Below, piece after piece: positions 55,450 through 64,000 of a DNA stretch of 64,000 nt (position 1 is the stretch's first letter; each line of letters begins with the position of its first letter). A program made the translations under genes and the position numbers. The stretch comes from Octopus vulgaris. Lineage: Eukaryota. The notes under the pieces were generated by a model that did no database searches, had not been told where the DNA came from, and worked only from the letters and a program-made list of their open reading frames with translations. The stretch spans positions 14,756,001-14,820,000 of the forward strand of contig OX597827.1 of NCBI GenBank assembly GCA_951406725.2. The letters are read 5' to 3'.

Positions 55450-57427
55450 AACAACAAACAAGATGAGGACAAATATCCGTCAAATGTAAATGATGTATAT
55501 TACAAACCTTTCCCCTATTTAACTGTTCTCGGACACTATATACCTGCTCTGTCTTAATAATTTTGGGATCTACACTCTGACTCTCATACAGATGGTAGGT
55601 GCCAAGCCATATACAAATGAGACATACATAACAGCTAGTTTACTTTTTAAATCTATCTCTACAGAAATAGAAATTAGAGTCATCACTGGTTTGTTTCGTT
55701 TATGAATATGTCGATGTAAAGAATGTGATCAAAGACAGAAAAATAGGTAATGGATGTATACATATATTTCAGGAATTCTGCTCCTTCTTTGGCTTCACAT
55801 CCAACCCATTAACCATCTATGAACACATTGCTTAAACAATTCCCAGTGCGTAACTGGTACTTAATTTATCCACCCCGAAAGGATGAAAGGCAAAGTCGAA
55901 CTCGGTGGAATTTGAACTCAGAACGTAGAAGCAGACAAAATACTGCTAAGCATTTCGCCCGGCGTGCTAATGTTTCTGCCAGCTCGCCGCCCTTAAACAC
56001 ATGTACCTTTAATGTAATTATCAGCACAACAAAGCATATGACAAGACAGGGCATTTTTTAATTACATGTACAATCCATCTGATGGGCTTCAGCACAGTTT
56101 CCTGTCAACTCGATTTCACTCATAAGGCTTGAGTGAAGTTGAAGCTAAGGCAAAAGACACTTCATGGAGGCATATGGCCTAGTGGTTAGAGCAGCGGACT
56201 CGCGGTCAAGGGATCGCATGTTCAAATCTCAGACCGGGCAATGTGTGTGTTTATAAGCGAAACACCTAAGCTCCATGCAGCTCCGGCAGAAGGTAATGTT
56301 GAACTTCTGCTGACTCTTTTGCCACAAACTTTCTCTCACTCTTTCCTCCTGCGACGGACCGGCGTCCCGTCCAGGTGGGGAACTTATACACCAAGGAAAC
56401 CGGGAAACCGGCCCTTATTAGCCAGGCATGGCTCAAGAAGAAACAAACAAAAGACACTTGCTAGATTTGCCACACATTGGGACTGGACCTGGATTTTCAT
56501 GATTGTGAAATGAACTTTCCATCCGTTCAACTACGCAGCAGCATTTAATAGATAATGAAATAATAATGAACTCACTGCATACAGTGCTCATGTACACTAC
56601 AACTCACCAGAAAAAGGGACCAAAACTACATGATCAGCAATATAGAATATGCACAGGAAGTAAAGAGTGAATATTCTTCCTTTCTCTCATTCTTTTATTC
56701 TTTTCCTTGTTTCAGTCATTTTGACTGCGGCCATGCTGGAATACCGCCTTTATTCAAACAAATCGACTCCAAGACCTATTCTTTGTAAGCCTAGTACTTA
56801 TTCAATCAGTCTCTTTTGCTGAACCACTAAGTTACAGAAACATAAACACACCAACATCAGTTGTCAAGCGATGGTGGTGGTGGTGGGGGGACAAACACAG
56901 ACATAGAAATACATATATATATATATATACAAAATTTTTATACAAAATGTATAAAAATTTCTAATCTTCAGATTTTTTTAAAATATGCTAGGCCACTGGT
57001 TTTAATTGATTAATATCAATTTCTACTCTTATTTAATTATATAAATATATATATATATCTATATCTATATATATATATATATATACAACAAGCTTCTTTC
57101 AGTTTCCATCAGCCAGATTCACTTACAAAGCTTTGGTCAGTCCGAAGCTATAGTAGAAGACACTTGCCCAAGGTGCCACACTATGGGACTGAATCTGGAA
57201 CCATGTGGTTGGTAAACAAGCCTCTTGCCACACAGCCACTCATTAAAAATAAAGTTATCAAAAGTTAATTTCTCCTGCTCCTTGAGTCTCTATTGTGGGA
57301 GGCTATCCAAAGCTGATTTCCTAGATCTGACAATTCATTTGATATTATATTACTATAAAATAAACTAAATCCCTAATTCTCTCTTTTACTTTTATATATG
57401 CAAATTTGTGCAGTTATTACTTAACAT

Positions 57428-58068
57428 AAGAGTGTAAGTACCTTGAGAGAAATGTTGGACCTAAGAAGCATCAGATGTGGTGTGCAAGCAAGAGAGACGA
57501 CTACGCTGGTATGGTCATGTGGCGAGAATGGATGAGGACAGCTGTGTGAAAAAGTGCCACACCCTAGCGGTTGAGGGAACCTGTGGAAGAGGTAGACCCA
57601 GGAAGTCCTGGGATGAAGTGGTGAAGCACGACCTTCAAACTTAAAAGGCACCATTTGAGCGTGATCATTACCAGAGTCACCTTACTGGCACTCGAGCCCC
57701 ATGGTAGTAGGGTATTAAGAGCACCATCCGAGCATGTTCATTGCCAGAGCAGCCATCAGGCCTTCATGCTGGTGGCATGTAAAAGACATCATTTGAGAGC
57801 GTGATCGTTACCAGCATCACCTTACTGGCAACTGTGCTGGTGGCATGTGTAAAAGATTTGAGCGAGGTCTTTGCCAGTACCACCTGACTGGCCTTGTGCC
57901 GGTGGCACGTAAAAGCACCGACTACACTCTTGGAGTGGTTGGCGTTAGGAAGGGCATCCAGCTGTAGAAACTCTGCCAGATCAAGATTGGAGCCTGGTGC
58001 AGCCATATGGTTCGGCAGCCCTCAGTCATTCATCCAACCCATGCTAGCATGGAAAGCAGACGTTAAAC

Positions 58069-58119
<51 letters not shown>
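57428..58119 (+). mobile_element. RTE LINE 3' fragment (ORF2 end, repeat units, GAT tail)
   Basis: LRSIRCGVQAR.RLRWYGHVARMDEDSCVKKCHTL.VEGTCGRGRPRKSWDEVVKHDL. Confidence 0.9.
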
Positions 58120-58597
58120 AAGAAGATTGATTCACAGATAACAATCCCATAATTTTTCACAAAGGAACTGGATTTTCCAGCATACAAGCCAACGTAGTAA
58201 GTATTCTAAACATAGCATGAATTTATAAGCGTTGTCCCTATCTTTCCAAATCCTACTGCATTTCACATAGAATTTCTGGTCCTCCAGAGTTGTCTTGGTG
58301 TAGAAGTCTATCTACCTTTCTTGGGTCTGTGAAATTTGGTCTGAAAAATTTAACATGTGTGCCAGAAAATATGGTAAACTAAAGTCCTAAACAATTGTTT
58401 TTACAGTCAATAATTGATTACTTTTGGGCAACTCTGTTGTCTGAAACAGATTACTGTAGTCGATGGCATATAAGACACTTCTTTTCAAAACGAAAAATGT
58501 TTCTTAAAATTACCCCAGGTCTTATATGCAAATTTGGGTCTCCTGTGAGCTACTTTTGTTACTGATGCTCGCTTTTTCTTAAATATGCTCTGCTGGT

Positions 58598-59401
58598 GAC
58601 ACGTAAAAAGCACCAACCGATCGTGGCCGTTGCCAGCCTCGCCTGGCACCTGTGCCAGTGGCACGTAAAAAGCACCAACCAATCGTGGCCGTTGCCAGCC
58701 TCGCCTGGCACCTGTGCCAGTGGCACGTAAAAAGCACCAACCGATCGTGGCCGTTGCCAGCCTCGCCTGGCACCTGTGCCAGTGGCATGTAAAAAGCACC
58801 AACCAATCGTGGCCGTTGCCAGCCTCGCCTGGCACCTGTGCCAGTGGCACGTAAAAAGCACCAACCAATCGTGGCCGTTGCCAGCCTCGCCTGGCACCTG
58901 TGCCAGTGGCACGTAAAAAGCACCAACCGATCGTGGCCGTTGCCAGCCTCGCCTGGCACCTGTGCCAGTGGCATGTAAAAGCACCAACCGATCGTGGCCG
59001 TTGCCAGCCTCGCCTGGCACCTGTGCCAGTGGCACGTAAAAAGCACCAACCAATCGTGGCCATTGCCAGCCTCGCCTGGCACCTGTGCCAGTGGCACGTA
59101 AAAGCACCAACCGATCGTGGCCGTTGCCAGCCTCGCCTGGCACCTGTGCCAGTGGCACGTAAAAGCACCAACCAATCGTGGCCGTTGCCAGCTTCGCCTA
59201 GCACCTGTGCCGGTGGCACGTAAAAAGCACCCACTACACTCACGGAGTGGTAGGCGTTAGGAAGGGCATCCAGCTGTAGAAACACTGCCAGATCAGACTG
59301 GGCCTGGTGCAGCCTCCTGGCTTCCCAAACCCCAGTTGAACCGTCCAACCCATGCTAGCACGGAAAGCATGGACGTTAAAACGATGATGATGATGATGAT
59401 G
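58598..59401 (+). mobile_element. RTE 3'-end element carrying ~10 near-identical 61-62-bp tandem units (58598-59232)
   Basis: Unit GCACGTAAAAAGCACCAACCRATCGTGGCCGTTGCCAGCCTCGCCTGGCACCTGTGCCAGTG, followed by the shared tail. Confidence 0.93.
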
Positions 59402-59730
59402 CTCAAAGTGGGGGAGCATGTAATATCCTTTCTACAATAAACCCAACCCTGAAGTTTGGAGAAGGTGGGAGTGAGTAATCAATCCCAACCTCAGTACAAG
59501 ACTGGTACTTACTTTACTAACCCCAAAAGGTTGAAAGGCAAAGTCGACTACAGTGGAATTTGAACCTAGAATGTACAGAAGGGGCAAAATGCTGCTAAGC
59601 ATCTGGATCAGCATCTTTTATGCCATCAAATGTAGTTATGAGACACTATTATCTAAAACATACGACTAATCTGGCCTCAACTGGTTTTAAACTTGATACT
59701 GCTGGCTAATTAAACTGTTTTTCAATTAGT

Positions 59731-59953
59731 ATAGAGTGGTTGTCTACTGTCAACATAATGTGACAGTCCCGTAAGGGAATTACACCACCACTGTTTAGCC
59801 CTAGGAAGCATCGACGCTTCCTGTCGGCTTTGACACATTTCCTGTGTCCTTATATTTGCAAAGGGGAGGCAAGCACCCCCACCAGCTAAACAGCGGTGGT
59901 GTAATTCCCTAACGAGACTGTCATGTTATGTTGACAGTATACAACCACTCTAT
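59731..59953. mobile_element. MITE-like fold-back with 69-bp inverted arms
   Basis: 59731-59799 pairs with 59885-59953. Confidence 0.85.
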
Positions 59954-60171
59954 TGTTCCACCACCACTCATCTCTCTTTGAGACATTTAGAAATTCAATA
60001 TTTCAATTAGTATAGTCATCTCTAAATTTAATGCCACATTTCATCAAGGTAAACTAAAACTGTTTAATACTTTAACTAAAGGTGCAGCACACAGATGTAA
60101 TAAGCTACACCTACAAATAGACAGGACTACATATCAAATAACTCTGTAAGTTATGCTTATAATAGTCATCA

Positions 60172-60517
60172 GTGAAGGCACATGGCTCAGTGGTTAGAGT
60201 GTCGGGCTTACGATTGTGAGGTTGTGAGTTCGATTCCCGGACCGGGCTGCGTGTTGTGTTCTTGAGCAAGACATTTTATTTCACGTTGCTCCAGTTCATT
60301 CAGCTGTAGAAATGAGTTGCGACGTCACAGGTGCCAAACTGTATCGGCCTCTTTTGCCTTTCCCTTGGATAACATTAATGGCATGGAGAGGGGAGGCTGG
60401 TTTGCGTGGGTGACTGCTGGTCTTCCATAAAAAATAACCTTGCCCGGACTTGTACCTCAGAGGTTAACTTTCTAAGTGCAATCCCATGGTCATTCATGAC
60501 CGAAGGGAGTCTCCCCA
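60172..60517 (+). mobile_element. tRNA-derived SINE with V-domain-like core and a distinct tail
   Basis: TGGCTCAGTGG, GAGTTCGATTCC and GTGTTCTTGAGCAAGACA motifs. Flanks AATAGTCATCA / AATAGTTATCA. Confidence 0.85.
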
Positions 60518-61117
60518 CAATAGTTATCACTATCATTGACCACTTTCCCACTTTTTAATGATCGATTTTCCATGCTTGCATGGGTTGCACTGAGATTATT
60601 GAGGCAGATTTTATACAACTTGATGTCATTCCTGCCACCAACTCTCACCTAGTTCCAAACAAGGTAATATTTCCGCATAGCCAGACATGTTTTTGCAGGA
60701 AATTGGAAATAAATTACTCTGCTTGTATGACAACACACATCACACACTATCAAGACAAGAAGACACAAGCATGGTACACACACACACACACACACACACA
60801 TGACAGGCTTCTTCTAGTTTCCTTCAACCAAATCCACTCACAAGGCTTTGGTTGGCATGGACTGAACCAAGAGCCCAGTGACTGGGGAGAAAACCTCTTA
60901 GCCACACAGCCACACCTGTGCCCATAGCCATGCTTGCTCCTATCAGTTACAAATTTACTGTCAGAGGGTTTCTGGTTTTGTGGTACCAAATCCATACATG
61001 CTATTGTTTGGAGTGATACTACAACAGTCTTTATGACATTTACTGATTCGTTTGCTTATCTGACACACTGTTGTAATTCAGTTAGTTAAATGGCTTAGCA
61101 CAACACTTTCTGAAGGG

Positions 61118-61442
61118 ACATGTAGCTGAATTATTAGCATTATTTAATCCCTGATAGCAGGGGTGGATTGAGAGTATTAAGAGGCCTCGGGCGTGACTGT
61201 TCACCAGGCCCCTTAGCATTGATATCAAAGAGAGTTAACATGTAGCTGAATTATTAGCATTATTTAATCCCTGATAGCAGGGGTGGATTGAGAGTATTAA
61301 GAGGCCTTGGGCATGACTGTTCACCAGGCCCCTTAGCATTGATATCAAAGAGAGTTAACATGTAGAGTGCAAGCCCCTTAGAGCTCCAGGTCCTTGGGCA
61401 GTGCCCGATTGACCAACGGCTTAGTCAACCCCAGCCTGATAG
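61118..61442. repeat. 120-bp tandem duplication overlapping the left end of a hAT-type MITE (61278-61434)
   Basis: Near-identical units at 61118 and 61238. 8-bp TSD CCTGATAG at 61270-61277 and 61435-61442. Confidence 0.8.
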
Positions 61443-61528
61443 TAACATACTGCCTAATGTAAAGAAGTACCTATGCATTTGGTGCTTGCTATAAGATCGG
61501 CCACCAATTCACTAAGTCATAAATGTTT

Positions 61529-61766
61529 GATATTGTTGCATTTCGGAATGGTTATTTTGCCAGTTTAGCCAATAAAAACACACGCACTATATATATTTGG
61601 TGTTACTTTGCTTCAGTGTTATTTATTTTTTACATTAAACTTAATCTTATTTCGGCCAGAGTTCTTTCGTCACACTCCTGTGACCGCATCAGTGGTCCTT
61701 TGCTTTCTTCTTTCTTATTTGTGTGGTTAAACTGGCAAAATGACCATTCCGAAATACAACAATATC
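61529..61766. mobile_element. MITE-like element with ~43-bp inverted repeats
   Basis: GATATTGTTGCATTTCGGAATGGTTATTTTGCCAGTTTAGCCA and its near reverse complement ending at 61766. Confidence 0.8.
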
Positions 61767-61799
61767 TGTTTCAACACAGGATTTCACATAAAAAATCTT

Positions 61800-62102
61800 G
61801 CACGAGGCTGGCACGGCCATCCAATTGTGGCCGTGCCAGCCTCGCCTGGCCTCCGTGTCGGTGGCACATAAAAAACACCATCCAAGCGTGGCCGTTTGCC
61901 AGCCTCGTCTGGCACCTGTGTCGGTGGCACATAAAAAGCACCCACTACACTCACGGAGTGATTGGTGTTAGGAAGGGCATCCAGCTGTAGAAACACTGCC
62001 AGATCTGACTGGCCTGGTGCAGCCTTCGGGCTTCCCAGACCCCAGTTGAACCGTCCAACCCTTGCTAGCATGGAAAGCGGACGTTAAACGATGATGATGA
62101 TG
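61800..62102 (+). mobile_element. RTE 3'-end element
   Basis: Repeat units plus the shared tail. Confidence 0.85.
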
Positions 62103-62314
62103 TTTGATAATGGCAATTGATGTAACACCTGAGAGTATGAAATGTGGTGATAAGTCTCTTACACCCTTTGGTATCCAAGTCCTCATACGAATTATGCTAT
62201 AGGTATCACTCAGCATGTTATATCAATGCTCTGAATTATACCTGCAGGATAATTCTTGCAGAGAGCTGACTGTTGGTGAAGCACCGCCAATGATGAGAGT
62301 TCATAAGGTACTCA

Positions 62315-63765
62315 TCTTCATCATCATCATCATCGTCATTTAACATCTGTTTTCCATGCTGGCATAGGTTGGACAGTTTGACTGAGGTCTGGAGAGCCAG
62401 CAGCTGTGCCAGACTCCAATCTGATCTAGCAATGTTTCTATAGCTGGATGCCCTTCCTAATGTCAACCACTCTGAGAATGTAGCGGATGCTTTTTATGTG
62501 CCACTGGCACAAGCAGGAGCCAGTCAGGCAGGCCTGGCATCAACTAAGTTCAGATGGTGTTTTTTATGTGTCACTGGCATGGGAGCCAGTCAGCTATGAT
62601 ATTGGCCACAGCTATGATATTGGCTTTACTCAACTCAGCAGGTTTTATCATGTACATTATACCGCCCGACGCATCAGGGGTACTCTTAACTGGTCTGGAC
62701 ATGCATGGCAGCAATCTCACTTTAGATGCTATGTCTTCTCAATCACAGCATATCTCCAAAGGTCCTGGTCTCCTATCATTGCCTCTCTGATGCCCAATGT
62801 TCGAAGGTCATGCTTCACCACCTCATCCCGTGTCTTCCTGGGTCTACCTCTTCCACGGGTTCCTTTCACAGTTAGGGAGTGGCACTTCCTCACACAGTTG
62901 TCCTCGTCCATACATAACACATGACCATACCAGTGCAGCATCTCTTTTGCACACCACATTTGATGCTTCTTATGCCCAACTTTTCTCTCAGGGCACTTAC
63001 ATTCTGTCGTGTATGCACACTGACATTACACATCCAGTGGATCATACTAGCTTCCTTTCTTTCAAGCCTATGTATGTCCTCAGCATTCATGGACCATTCT
63101 TTCACTGCTGTGTAGCATGGCAGTTCACACACACGCATCATACAGTCTACCTTTCATCCTGAGTGAGAGGTCCTTAGTTGCCAGCAGAGGTAGGAGCTCC
63201 CTGAACTTTGCCCAGGCTATTCTTATTGTAGCTGCTACACTCTCAGAGCAACCACCCCCACTACAGACTTGATCACCTAGGTAGTTTCTTCCTTTGGCAT
63301 GTGATGGAATCTGTTTCCTGTACATCTTCATTGTTTATTGCCCCCATGAATCTGCCACACACGCAAACTATTTTCCCGGTTAAACTTCCTTTGATATTAC
63401 TGCACCTTTTATGTGTCCATAGCTTACACCAGGTACATTGTATGGAGTTTCTACCCATGCCTTTTCTACAGATTGAGCAGGGCCATCTACCTGAAGGGGA
63501 TTCTGGTTTGGCAGCCTTTCTACTTACTAAGACTTTGGTTTTTGCTAGGTTGACCCTAAGGTCCTTCAATTCTAGACCTTGCTTCCACACCCTAAACTTC
63601 GTCTCTAGTTCTGGCAGTGACTTGGCTATTAGGGCAAGGTCATCAGCATAGAGGAGCTCCCAGGTCCAGCCTGTCTTGAATTTCTCTGTTATTGCTTGGA
63701 GGACTATAATGAAAAGAGGGGACTGAGGACTGATCCTTCATGAACCCCTACTTCTACTCAGAATG
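62315..63765 (-). mobile_element. 5'-truncated, frameshifted RTE-clade LINE (RT C-terminal half, 3' UTR, GAT tail)
   Basis: VGVHEGSVLSPLF, ELLYADDLAL (YADD at 63639-63650), LRVNLAKTK, YLG, AWAKFRELLPLL, LHWYGHVLCM, RGRGRPRKT. ORF end at 62729. Confidence 0.93.
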
Positions 63766-63823
63766 TTGCTGTTGTGAGTGGTGATGGTGGTGGCGGTGGT
63801 CGTGGTGGTGACAGCGGTTATTG

Positions 63824-63855
<32 letters not shown>

Positions 63856-64000
63856 GGTGGTGGTAGTGATGGTGGTGTTGCTGCTGCTGCTGTAGTTACT
63901 GAAGCTCTTGTTACAACTATGATTGCTGTTATTAATTTTTACTTTGTTAGATTTTACTTTTGATGTTGTTGTTGTTGTTGCACATTATTTTTGTTATTAC

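Noticed and set aside
42780-58445. Other minus-strand exon-like stretches (near 42780-42865, 44540-44620, 48533-48580, 55543-55660, 58316-58340, 58420-58440)
   Set aside because: Each has one plausible splice site but a weak partner site, in-frame stops or incompatible phase, and no peptide similarity.
58598-59232. CRISPR-like regular array and long ORFs (287, 199 and 198 aa)
   Set aside because: Units are contiguous with no unique spacers and there are no cas genes. The ORFs are readthrough of a stop-poor minisatellite.

Overview
Eukaryotic, AT-rich, extremely repeat-dense genomic DNA. The SINE, RTE and microsatellite content suggests a coleoid cephalopod, probably Octopus (recognised from memory, not searched). 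Almost all ORFs in the track are artefacts of (TA)n/(CAT)n tracts or SINE readthrough. Supported content: (1) a full-length but disabled 3.9-kb hAT (Tip100/ZMYM1-like) transposon nested in a SINE; (2) 3' fragments of RTE, CR1 and L1/Tx1 LINEs; (3) many tRNA-derived SINEs, MITEs and two non-autonomous Helitrons; (4) an intron-containing tRNA-Ile(TAT)-like gene, probably a pseudogene; (5) scattered minus-strand exons of an unidentified host gene, two of which encode a shared SxSxFYFVxEPxNxWxAS motif, with a probable long 3' UTR near 18.4-21.3 kb; (6) Penelope-type minimal hammerhead motifs. The most unusual signal is a recurrent class of inserts in (TA)n tracts: a long fold-back plus an asymmetric terminal segment whose small stem-loops are conserved in position although their sequences differ. 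No CRISPR or prokaryotic system is present. Many repeat boundaries are approximate.
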